From a virus, in the IMG/VR virus record IMGVR_UViG_3300021376_000010: a stretch of DNA of 64,000 bases; one strand, given 5' to 3'. This document shows, one piece after another, positions 9,311 to 16,589 of this stretch; the first letter of the stretch is position 1, and each line of letters starts with the position of its first letter. The position numbers and the translations under genes were made by a program. The notes under the pieces were generated by a model. That model made no database searches and had not been told where the DNA came from. It saw only the letters and a list, made by a program, of their open reading frames with translations.

Positions 9311-9314
9311 TTAT

Positions 9315-9488
9315 TCAACATGCATCATTATGTTCTGTATGTATACGAATTAAGTCATCGTTACATGGTGTCACAACAACTGACTTTCCTTTTTCGTTTT
9401 CTACAATAAAACATTCTCCAGTTTCAACCTTTTGAATAAAATTATCAAAATTCTTTTGGAATTCTTCTATCTTAATTTTTTTCATCAT
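9315..9488 (-). CDS. Phd/YefM-antitoxin-fold-like small protein, 57 aa (not in ORF track)
   Basis: manual translation MMKKIKIEEFQKNFDNFIQKVETGECFIVENEKGKSVVVTPCNDDLIRIHTEHNDAC. Confidence 0.6.
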   Translation of the reverse strand: MMKKIKIEEFQKNFDNFIQKVETGECFIVENEKGKSVVVTPCNDDLIRIHTEHNDAC

Positions 9489-9603
9489 ATAGTTGGTCTT
9501 TGTGTATTATCATTATACCCATAATAGGAGCAATTGTCAATCCAGCACCACAAAGACCTAACCAAACTGGACTTGCTGCTAAGACTTCTATGAGATGGAA
9601 CAT
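9472..9603 (-). CDS. single-TM microprotein, 43 aa (not in ORF track)
   Basis: MFHLIEVLAASPVWLGLCGAGLTIAPIMGIMIIHKDQLYDEKN; TAATG coupling to the upstream gene. Confidence 0.6.
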   Translation of the reverse strand: MFHLIEVLAASPVWLGLCGAGLTIAPIMGIMIIHKDQLYDEKN

Positions 9604-9800
9604 TAGTATCCCCTCCAAGTTTTAAATTCGTAGTAAAAGTATTGGTCTACAAGGAAATTGTCTAACGGGGCATTTTCTTCTCGATGTGCCCACTCAAGGC
9701 AAAAATCTTTAATTTTATAATCGTTTAATGAACTGTGACCCCACATTCTAACAAAAGCAGAGGCAGCAAATTGATACCTCTCCTTAGTGTGCGGTGCCAT
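9603..9800 (-). CDS. hypothetical cyanophage protein (start reassigned to ATG 9800)
   Basis: MAPHTKERYQFAASAFVRMW...YFYYEFKTWRGY; the track's upstream extension overlaps ndhP. Confidence 0.65.
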   Translation of the reverse strand: MAPHTKERYQFAASAFVRMWGHSSLNDYKIKDFCLEWAHREENAPLDNFLVDQYFYYEFKTWRGY

Positions 9801-9906
9801 TCCCCTTGTAATCTTTGGAGTCATAATATCCTCCTCGTGTTCCGAAGTAAAGTGTAGATAGCACAAATGGTATTGAAACAAATAGTAATGCTTTTGCTAA
9901 TAACAT
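9784..9906 (-). CDS. ndhP: NDH-1L complex subunit NdhP homolog, 40 aa (not in ORF track)
   Basis: MLLAKALLFVSIPFVLSTLYFGTRGGYYDSKDYKGNGTAH matches the NdhP C-terminal signature FGTxNGFYDxDxYHGNGSAH after one TM helix. Confidence 0.85.
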   Translation of the reverse strand: MLLAKALLFVSIPFVLSTLYFGTRGGYYDSKDYKGNGTAH

Positions 9907-10073
9907 TACGCAAATACTCCTGGAATATAATCGATTCTTTCACGAATCTCATCCAAAATAACTCCATATTCTCTAAATCTTCTATCACCAGCAATGAAAC
10001 ATCTTTGTCTCATCCATACTGCATCTGCAAGTAATTTAAGTTCATAGTCTGAAAAATCTTTGTATCGGTCCAT
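9906..10073 (-). CDS. hypothetical protein, 55 aa (not in ORF track)
   Basis: MDRYKDFSDYELKLLADAVWMRQRCFIAGDRRFREYG...; AGGAG SD; TAATG coupled to ndhP. Confidence 0.7.
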   Translation of the reverse strand: MDRYKDFSDYELKLLADAVWMRQRCFIAGDRRFREYGVILDEIRERIDYIPGVFA

Positions 10074-10083
10074 TTAAAAACTC

Positions 10084-11118
10084 CTATCTTACGTGATGTC
10101 CACCAAACATATAACGCATACCGTTCAAAACTTTGACTGCGAAAGTGCCCAGATTGCGTGAATTAAATCTCTCAAAAAGGGCAGTAGTAATGACAGGAGC
10201 GGGTACACCAAGGTCCACAGCGGCAGAAACAGTCCAACGACCCTCACCACTATCGGAAACTCCTCCAGAGAACTGTTTAAGTTGACCATCATTCCGTAGA
10301 ACATCAGCGGTAAGGTCAAGTAACCAACTACCAACAACACTACCCCTACGCCACAACTCAGCCACCTCAGCAACATCAATATCATAGCAATAACTTTCTG
10401 GATCTGCCATTGGGGCAACTTCTGCATCTCCTTCTCTGACATACTGAGCACCTGCATTAGCATTATTAATAATATTAAATCCTTCGGCATATGCTTGCAT
10501 AATACCATATTCAATTCCATTATGAACCATCTTTACAAAATGTCCCGCACCAGGACCACCACAATGCAACCAACCATGCTCTGCAGAGGTTATGTCCGAG
10601 TCAAATTGAGTCCTGGGGGCAGCGTCGATTCCTGGAGAGAGGGCATCAAAAATGCTCGCACAAGTGGCGACCGCAGTATTTCCGCCACCAACCATAAGAC
10701 AGTATCCACGATCCAGACCGTAAACACCACCAGAAGTACCGCAATCAATATATTGGACACCCAACTTTGCCAGACGTTCTGCTCTTTTCCGACTGTCTTT
10801 AAAATTGCTATTGCCATGATCAATAATAATATCACCTTCACTACAATATCGTAGTAACTCATTAATCGTCTCCTCTACTGTTTCTGCAGGAACAACCATC
10901 TGAAAGACCCCTGGTTGCTTATGACCTTCTTTGTTTCTCTTAACTACTTTAACAAGATTTTCAATATCAGTTGTAATTCCATTAACAAATCCCTTTTCAA
11001 AGGCTTCATTTGCTTTTTCATAATTCCTCCGATAACCCCAAACTTCTATGCCTGCTTTCATCATGCGGCGAGACATTCCTTCGCCCATTCTTCCTAATCC
11101 AATTAGTCCTACTTTCAT
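10084..11118 (-). CDS. gnd: 6-phosphogluconate dehydrogenase (decarboxylating)
   Basis: MKVGLIGLGRMG, IDHGNS, DCGTSGG, GAGHFVKMVHNGIEYG, DSGEGRW, FGGH. Confidence 0.95.
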   Translation of the reverse strand: MKVGLIGLGRMGEGMSRRMMKAGIEVWGYRRNYEKANEAFEKGFVNGITTDIENLVKVVKRNKEGHKQPGVFQMVVPAETVEETINELLRYCSEGDIIIDHGNSNFKDSRKRAERLAKLGVQYIDCGTSGGVYGLDRGYCLMVGGGNTAVATCASIFDALSPGIDAAPRTQFDSDITSAEHGWLHCGGPGAGHFVKMVHNGIEYGIMQAYAEGFNIINNANAGAQYVREGDAEVAPMADPESYCYDIDVAEVAELWRRGSVVGSWLLDLTADVLRNDGQLKQFSGGVSDSGEGRWTVSAAVDLGVPAPVITTALFERFNSRNLGTFAVKVLNGMRYMFGGHHVR

Positions 11119-11175
11119 AATTCTCTCCCTTCTACAGAAATCTCCAGTTGCTCCAAAAATTACTATATTTTTCAT
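11119..11175 (-). pseudogene. zwf: N-terminal relic of glucose-6-phosphate dehydrogenase, in frame with gnd
   Basis: MKNIVIFGATGDFCRR matches the G6PDH N-terminal motif IVIFGATGDLxxRKL; only 19 codons remain. Confidence 0.7.
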
Positions 11176-11179
11176 TCGT

Positions 11180-11434
11180 TTACCAATCGTCGTTTTCTTC
11201 GTGATCCCCGTTAAGTTCTCTTAGATAGTCAGTCCACCATTGTGGGTCTTTTTGCATTTTCCAATTTGGCACTTCTTTTCCATGTTCAAAGTACCAATCT
11301 TGTATTGCTTTTTCTATAATATCTTTTGTTTCAATAATCCTCTGTCTCCTCATCAGCGTCTGCATATGCATCCTCCAAGTAAGGTCCGTGTGGTCGTTTG
11401 GCATCTTCTCTGACATACTTTGCCTCAGATACAC
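11180..11434 (-). CDS. hypothetical protein (true start uncertain, possibly near 11335)
   Basis: ORF track; C-terminal part IQDWYFE..VPNWK..DPQWW looks coding; 5' part overlaps the upstream gene. Confidence 0.5.
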   Translation of the reverse strand: MYLRQSMSEKMPNDHTDLTWRMHMQTLMRRQRIIETKDIIEKAIQDWYFEHGKEVPNWKMQKDPQWWTDYLRELNGDHEENDDW

Positions 11435-11522
11435 TTGTAGATAACCATAAAGATAGTTTCATTATTATGTAGATAATTGCTAGAGGCAAAAAACATAAGG
11501 TAAGAATAAGTGCGTGTTTCAT
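11331..11522 (-). CDS. single-TM hypothetical protein, 63 aa
   Basis: ORF track; N-terminal TM, acidic tail; ATGA coupling. Confidence 0.7.
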   Translation of the reverse strand: MKHALILTLCFLPLAIIYIIMKLSLWLSTSVSEAKYVREDAKRPHGPYLEDAYADADEETEDY

Positions 11523-11608
11523 TGTGGGTATGCGTGATTAAGTCCCCAGATAATAAAAAGTCCAATGACCCCAAATATAGTCATTGTACTAAAAAGTAAG
11601 TTTGTCAT
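11519..11608 (-). CDS. NdhQ-like single-TM microprotein, 29 aa (not in ORF track)
   Basis: MTNLLFSTMTIFGVIGLFIIWGLNHAYPQ; resembles the NdhQ C-terminal helix (..GLIWWALHTAY); coupled on both sides (TAATG, ATGA). Confidence 0.5.
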   Translation of the reverse strand: MTNLLFSTMTIFGVIGLFIIWGLNHAYPQ

Positions 11609-11724
11609 TACGAACTACCTCCTTCTTTGATACCGTAAACATATCCAATAATAAGACCACACATAAACACAATAAAAATCAAAATTTGTTTTGTGAGGAA
11701 CTCAATAAGTTCCTGCCATTCCAT
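11608..11724 (-). CDS. single-TM microprotein, 38 aa
   Basis: MEWQELIEFLTKQILIFIVFMCGLIIGYVYGIKEGGSS. Confidence 0.6.
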   Translation of the reverse strand: MEWQELIEFLTKQILIFIVFMCGLIIGYVYGIKEGGSS

Positions 11725-12010
11725 CGTCATCTTCGTCCTCATAAGTAGAGGGTTCCTCAAAAAGTTCATCCATTTTTTGTTGAAGAACTCTGCGTTGCAG
11801 TTGTTCTTCATCTTCTTCTGTAAATCTAATCACAAGTAACGGGTCTCCTGGTTTAACATCGTTCATTTCTGGGTGTTTAACTTTTGGACTTTTCGTATAC
11901 CCATTTTGAGCATTCATAATCATCCAACCTTGTACAATCATTGATAGGGCTATACCAATAAGTATCACCCAAGGGACTAAAAATATTATGGGAGTGTAAT
12001 TTTGAGCCAT
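11702..12010 (-). CDS. DUF2973-like membrane protein (start reassigned to ATG 12010)
   Basis: N-terminal TM then HPEM...PLLVIRF motif as in cyanobacterial DUF2973. Confidence 0.6.
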   Translation of the reverse strand: MAQNYTPIIFLVPWVILIGIALSMIVQGWMIMNAQNGYTKSPKVKHPEMNDVKPGDPLLVIRFTEEDEEQLQRRVLQQKMDELFEEPSTYEDEDDDGMAGTY

Positions 12011-12189
12011 GGTAGTAGGGGTGGAATAACTCCAATAAGCCTTAATAGTCCTTCGGCAAATAAAGCGAGAACTAACCAACCAACGCACATAGAAATAATG
12101 GAAGCATTTCTATTGTGCCTTCGTATAGCAGCATCAATCATCTCCTGGACTTCAGTTCTTGTAATAAATTCTTCTTGCTCATGCATCAT
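11986..12189 (-). CDS. conserved cyanophage membrane protein
   Basis: EVQEMIDAAIRRHNRNASIISM..GW..LALFAEGLLRL. Confidence 0.7.
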   Translation of the reverse strand: MMHEQEEFITRTEVQEMIDAAIRRHNRNASIISMCVGWLVLALFAEGLLRLIGVIPPLLPWLKITLP

Positions 12190-12335
12190 TTTTCATCTCC
12201 AAGAAACTTTGCAAGTGGGTCAACTTTAGTTTTCACTATTGCACAAGCTCTTTTGTAAAACATATTGTTTGTATTGCCAGACTGTTCAAAGATTTCCTTT
12301 ATCTTCACCCAATTGTCGTAGGTGCGTTGATCCAT
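12186..12335 (-). CDS. conserved cyanophage small protein, 49 aa (not in ORF track)
   Basis: MDQRTYDNWVKIKEIFEQSGNTNNMFYKRACAIVKTKVDPLAKFLGDEK. Confidence 0.7.
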   Translation of the reverse strand: MDQRTYDNWVKIKEIFEQSGNTNNMFYKRACAIVKTKVDPLAKFLGDEK

Positions 12336-12370
12336 AGAGTTAAGATTGAATACTATGAATAATACTAGTT

Positions 12371-12411
12371 ATATTACTCAACATCTTCATATAAGAAGTT
12401 TGTGTTGATAC
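12371..12411 (-). promoter_or_regulatory. possible NtcA-type promoter (one mismatch)
   Basis: GTA-TCAACACA-AAC, N21, TAATAT versus consensus GTA-N8-TAC-N22-TAN3T. Confidence 0.35.
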
Positions 12412-12440
12412 AAAAATATATATTAAGAGAATATTAATTT

Positions 12441-12692
12441 TTAACGAATTTCAAAATCTAACTTTCTAATTTTTCGATTTCTTCTTGCTTCTTGGTACAG
12501 TAAATCCTCTTTTGTTAGAACATTTTTAGAGTCTTTAGATTTATTCAAACTAATTATTTCTACTAGAGAAAGGTCTACTGCACTGATTTTTTCATTTGTA
12601 ATTGTAGTCAAATTAGCACATCCACAACACTTTGTTTGTGTTGAATGAGCTTCCAACTCTGTATTACAATTTTTGCATCTTACTTTTAACAT
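12441..12692 (-). CDS. Zn-ribbon-like small protein
   Basis: CKNC...CCGC motif. Confidence 0.7.
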   Translation of the reverse strand: MLKVRCKNCNTELEAHSTQTKCCGCANLTTITNEKISAVDLSLVEIISLNKSKDSKNVLTKEDLLYQEARRNRKIRKLDFEIR

Positions 12693-12717
12693 TTCTTTAT
12701 TCTATGTAACAACAATA

Positions 12718-12788
12718 ATCGGACAACGAGGATCGAACTCGTGATTTCAACTTGGAAGGATGACGTGTTACCTCTACACTATGTCCGC
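12718..12788 (-). tRNA. tRNA-Gly(TCC), no encoded CCA, G1:A72 mismatch
   Basis: GCGGACA-TA-GTGT/ACAC D arm; TCATC-CTTCCAA-GTTGA; ACGAG-TTCGATC-CTCGT; 3' TGTCCGA-T. Confidence 0.85.
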
Positions 12789-12799
12789 AATAATAATTA

Positions 12800-12832
12800 A
12801 CAAGGGGGGAGAATCTACAACAAACTCCCCCA
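12800..12832 (-). terminator. hairpin / probable terminator
   Basis: GGGGGAG...CTCCCCC stem followed by a T-rich run. Confidence 0.5.
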
Positions 12833-12846
12833 CTATATTCAGTTTG

Positions 12847-13512
12847 TCAAACTTCTACCGTAATCAGTTTGTTAGCATATTCATTGGCATAATATGTACG
12901 TGAACCATGAATACCCCAACCAATCCAACTGTACGCATAGTCCATGTAACGATTGATAGATTTTCCAGGAGTTTTCATTCTATCTTCAATTCGTTTCCAT
13001 TGAACTTCATTGGTCAGATAACGAAGTTGCGTATCGAGAGTTGATGGAGAACCACCATATCTCTTAGCAAAATCACCCAATCCATAATAACGATTGGCAG
13101 ATGTCCATTGAATCAGACCATAACCACGTCCGCAGTGATGGTACTGAGTCTTACTACCACCTTCACAAATATTAGGCACGAACATAGATTCCTGCTTAAT
13201 ATTCCCTAGGATGGTAGCTAGGGCGTTTCTGTCTTTGATTCCTTGCTGTTGAAAATAATCTACAGCAAGTTGTTCATGTTCTGAACACCCTTTACAAATT
13301 AGCCTTTTCTCTTTTGGCTTTTCGGGAGCAACCTCTCGGATTGCTGTCTTCTTTTCATCTACAAGATTCATTTCTTTAATCTCATTCAAGGATATTTTTT
13401 GCTCCACTGGTGGAGGTGATCCTTGCATCTTGTAGTTGACGAATGGCAGTGTTGCCGCATTGGTTGTAACCGTTGCCAGAAGAGGCAGGGCTACAGTAAA
13501 GATGTTTTGCAT
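12847..13512 (-). CDS. lysozyme-like (phage tail lysozyme family) muralytic protein with N-terminal hydrophobic signal
   Basis: ATILGNIKQES (catalytic Glu), GYGLIQWT, TQLRYL. Confidence 0.7.
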   Translation of the reverse strand: MQNIFTVALPLLATVTTNAATLPFVNYKMQGSPPPVEQKISLNEIKEMNLVDEKKTAIREVAPEKPKEKRLICKGCSEHEQLAVDYFQQQGIKDRNALATILGNIKQESMFVPNICEGGSKTQYHHCGRGYGLIQWTSANRYYGLGDFAKRYGGSPSTLDTQLRYLTNEVQWKRIEDRMKTPGKSINRYMDYAYSWIGWGIHGSRTYYANEYANKLITVEV

Positions 13513-13529
13513 TAAAATTAATTGAACTC

Positions 13530-13590
13530 TACATCCGTATAGAGAAAGCGCACTTCCCCTTTCTCAAGGGGCAATCTCCACGGCTCTAAT
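13530..13590 (-). ncRNA. candidate structured 5' leader of the lysozyme gene
   Basis: CCGT-GGAGA / TCTCT-AT-ACGG outer stem enclosing a CCCCTT-GAGA-AAGGGG GNRA hairpin; late promoter AATAAATA at 13631-13638. Confidence 0.55.
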
Positions 13591-13643
13591 TTCACTTCAA
13601 AATCTCATAATATATTTCATTATAAGTGATTATTTATTTTGAC

Positions 13644-13841
13644 TTAAAAATCGCAAAAATAACCACTTATATACCCAAGAGAAATTACTTCAAGATTTTC
13701 TTTTTGAATTACCCAATCTCGAATCTCACTATAGACACTTTCAGCATCTTTAATTCGACCCTCATCACACAATTCGTGCATACGATTAATATGCTGCTCA
13801 ATTAGTGTGTTGCAAACTTTTTTAACTTTTAGGTCATTCAT
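13644..13841 (-). CDS. hypothetical protein
   Basis: ORF track; overlaps the upstream stop. Confidence 0.6.
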   Translation of the reverse strand: MNDLKVKKVCNTLIEQHINRMHELCDEGRIKDAESVYSEIRDWVIQKENLEVISLGYISGYFCDF

Positions 13842-14259
13842 TAAAGTAATCCTTCCGATAGTATCTTCCTAGGACATTAGAATTATAATACGCAGGAGTC
13901 CCATCGTCAAGTGCCTCAGTCAAGACGTTATTTACAAAGAGTTGTCTGGTTTCTTCATAGTTGCATTTTCCTTTTGTCTTATGGAGGCTAAGTATTCTTC
14001 TGTCACAGGATGCTTTTCCCCAAGTGTTAACATCTGCTTTAAGTTCTGGACAGGATCCGTAATACTTTTTCCAATCAGACTCTGACTTAACTTTTCTAGA
14101 TTTTCCTGTTGGTTTGCGGAAACTCCAGAAATACTTTCGACCAATATAACTACGACCAGTTTGACGGCAATGTATGAAATATACAAAACCAAAATAATCT
14201 TGAATATCAGAAGACTCAAAAATTTCCCCATTGTAGATCCAGGGATTCTCATAACTCAT
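13834..14259 (-). CDS. GIY-YIG-family endonuclease-like protein
   Basis: GFVYFI...RSYIGRK...YYGS...YEE...YYN. Confidence 0.75.
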   Translation of the reverse strand: MSYENPWIYNGEIFESSDIQDYFGFVYFIHCRQTGRSYIGRKYFWSFRKPTGKSRKVKSESDWKKYYGSCPELKADVNTWGKASCDRRILSLHKTKGKCNYEETRQLFVNNVLTEALDDGTPAYYNSNVLGRYYRKDYFNE

Positions 14260-14304
14260 AACCATTAGTTTACTTTGAGCTATTTAGAACCTAGAATAAT
14301 CTTG

Positions 14305-14349
14305 AAACTCCACAGAGTTATTTTACTCATAAAAAAACACCCCCGTCAA
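14305..14349 (-). promoter_or_regulatory. sigma70-like promoter with a 22-nt element shared with 44113-44134
   Basis: TTGACG-N18-TAAAAT-AACTCTGTGGAGTTT. Confidence 0.65.
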
Positions 14350-14357
14350 GAGGGTGT
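14331..14357 (-). terminator. intrinsic terminator with the -35 box inside the hairpin
   Basis: ACACCCTC-TTGAC-GGGGGTGT followed by a T run. Confidence 0.7.
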
Positions 14358-14380
14358 AGAATTTTGTTGGGATTTAAAAA

Positions 14381-16090
14381 TCAACGACCGAAATTTGGTC
14401 CAGGATTTCTATTTTTATTTTCAAGATTTTTAGCACCTTGCTGCATAACTTGAGAACGAGTTTGACCTCCCCTTTCTGCTGCAGATCCACCACCTGCACC
14501 ATAGGTTGTTAATCTACCACTATCATTGCGACTTGCTGGTTTTGCAAATGGTGAAGATGCAGTTGGTCCTGGTTTTGGAGTTGGTTTTGCTGACTGCATC
14601 TGTGCTGCTCTGCTTGCACGAGCCTTATCTCTCAATCCACCAAACCACTCTCCAGGTGCTTCAAGAAGAATTTCTTCCAACCATTTATCACTCATATTTT
14701 CAATGATTACATTTGCATCATTTAGAGTTTCTGCAAAGTTGTTCTCTAGAAGATACGATACTACAATCTCATAAATTTGATACTCTTCACCCAGTTGCTT
14801 CTTCTCTTTTGGTGTTAAAGTTCCAGCAGACATTGCAGAACTTCTTGCTGATTGTAGGTCTCTATCAGAACCTTCAACCTTAGCAGCATAACCTCTAAGA
14901 CTTACTCTAGGTTTATCTCTTACTGAACCTCTTCTTGATGATGCAAGACCTCTTAAAGTTCTACTTTGATTCTCTTCTCTCTTCTTTCTATCCTCTGAAG
15001 ACTCATCACGTTTGTGCTTGATATAGGGACGGGCAGCACCTCTTTCTGCTGCTTCGATGGTCTTATCTACACTACCAGAACGTTTGAATGCTTTGGAACG
15101 TGCTGCAAGTTCCTTACGGGTTGCAATCTCACCTTCTTTACCAAGTTCCTTACGCATTCTAGTTGCTTCATCTAGTTCATACTCTTCATTGTATTCTTTG
15201 TTTTTAACTGCTGCGATTGCTTCTGCTCTTGACATTCCAGATGCAATCATTCTTGCAATTCTTACATCTGCAAAGTCATTATCACCATCTTGGTCTTGGT
15301 CTTTTTTCTTTCCTTCATAGATTGAGGAATATAAGTTCGAAACATCCTTGATTGTTGACATAGTTCCCCATTCGAATGAACTCATCACCGCACCTGGTTT
15401 TTTGATTGGTGACGTTGAAGGTGTTGGTTTTGCTTGCTGTGCTTGTTGTGCTGCAAGAGCACTACCAGCAGGTGCTGGTTTATTTAGTACTTCTGGTTTA
15501 TTTGCTGCTTCTACATCCTTTCTAACACTTGTAATATTAGCACCAGTTACATTTGCACCTTGCTGTCTCATTTGAGATGCCTTCTGCATGTCCCTCAACT
15601 CTGCAGCTTGCTGAGACATCTTACTTTGTCCCGTTCCTTTCTGAGTTCCATCAGAATTTACTTTTGCAGCAAGTTTTGGATTTGCTGCTGCCCAGGTTGC
15701 TTTTCCTGTTGCTTCTGCTCCTTTTATATCTCCAGACTTAATCTGAGACTTATAAACATCAAGTCCACCTTTGATTTTTTGTGCAGTTGTTGCATTCGCA
15801 GGTGACGATGTTCCTGGTTTTGCAGGTTTAACAGAAGTTGGTTTTGCCCCAAGAGCAGTAGCAGCAGTTGGACCTGCTAGATTTCTAGCAGTTGCCTGAA
15901 GACCTAATCTATTTGCAGTCTCTCTACTTCTAGCAAATATATCTGGTTTTGATGTTGTCGGTTTTGCCTTTTCTGGTCCTGCTGGTTTGTTATCACCTGG
16001 ACCATCCCAAAGTGGTTCGTCTCTCAAAGGAGCTTCATTAATAATACTTTCATATAAATTTTTAACCGCACCAAAATCTTCCTTATTCAT
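14381..16090 (-). CDS. modular low-complexity protein, probable internal head/cargo protein
   Basis: late promoter AATAAATA 16127-16134; Lys/Ala/Pro-rich modules separated by (L/I)xE-A motifs. Confidence 0.6.
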   Translation of the reverse strand: MNKEDFGAVKNLYESIINEAPLRDEPLWDGPGDNKPAGPEKAKPTTSKPDIFARSRETANRLGLQATARNLAGPTAATALGAKPTSVKPAKPGTSSPANATTAQKIKGGLDVYKSQIKSGDIKGAEATGKATWAAANPKLAAKVNSDGTQKGTGQSKMSQQAAELRDMQKASQMRQQGANVTGANITSVRKDVEAANKPEVLNKPAPAGSALAAQQAQQAKPTPSTSPIKKPGAVMSSFEWGTMSTIKDVSNLYSSIYEGKKKDQDQDGDNDFADVRIARMIASGMSRAEAIAAVKNKEYNEEYELDEATRMRKELGKEGEIATRKELAARSKAFKRSGSVDKTIEAAERGAARPYIKHKRDESSEDRKKREENQSRTLRGLASSRRGSVRDKPRVSLRGYAAKVEGSDRDLQSARSSAMSAGTLTPKEKKQLGEEYQIYEIVVSYLLENNFAETLNDANVIIENMSDKWLEEILLEAPGEWFGGLRDKARASRAAQMQSAKPTPKPGPTASSPFAKPASRNDSGRLTTYGAGGGSAAERGGQTRSQVMQQGAKNLENKNRNPGPNFGR

Positions 16091-16158
16091 CTTACCGAGG
16101 GTAGTAAAAAGTACTCTTTATAAATATATTTATTCTTTATTTATCCTTAGTACTATTA

Positions 16159-16563
16159 TTAATTAGTACAATCAATTACCCAAGGAGCACAAATTCGCAT
16201 CTCTCCACCAAGCAGTTTTTGTGCCTCACTGCCATCTGGTGCTTTCTCAACATACTTTGGTTTATATCTTTTATTAGACTCAGCAATGATACGGTCATAC
16301 TCAGGTGTGACTTCATCAATTGCTCTGGTTACATCTCTCTCAGCCCTACGCTTTACTTGGTTAGGGTCTTGAAGAATAAGTTCATTAAGAATAGTTTGTG
16401 GGAAATATTTTCTTTGAATCTCGTCCAGTAAGTCCCATAGTCCATTTTCGGATACTCCTGTGCATTGAGATAATGTAGATATTACTATAGAACAAATCAC
16501 ACTTACAACAATGATTTGTTTTTTGTCTGGTTTTTTATTTCCAAATGAAAAATTAAACTTCAT
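16159..16563 (-). CDS. hypothetical membrane-anchored protein
   Basis: N-terminal TM, LSQC motif. Confidence 0.65.
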   Translation of the reverse strand: MKFNFSFGNKKPDKKQIIVVSVICSIVISTLSQCTGVSENGLWDLLDEIQRKYFPQTILNELILQDPNQVKRRAERDVTRAIDEVTPEYDRIIAESNKRYKPKYVEKAPDGSEAQKLLGGEMRICAPWVIDCTN

Positions 16564-16589
16564 TATAAAATTCTAAAAAAGTTTTCATA

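Noticed and set aside
9801-9881. 5' extension of the 92-aa track ORF
   Set aside because: Region is better explained by ndhP in another frame
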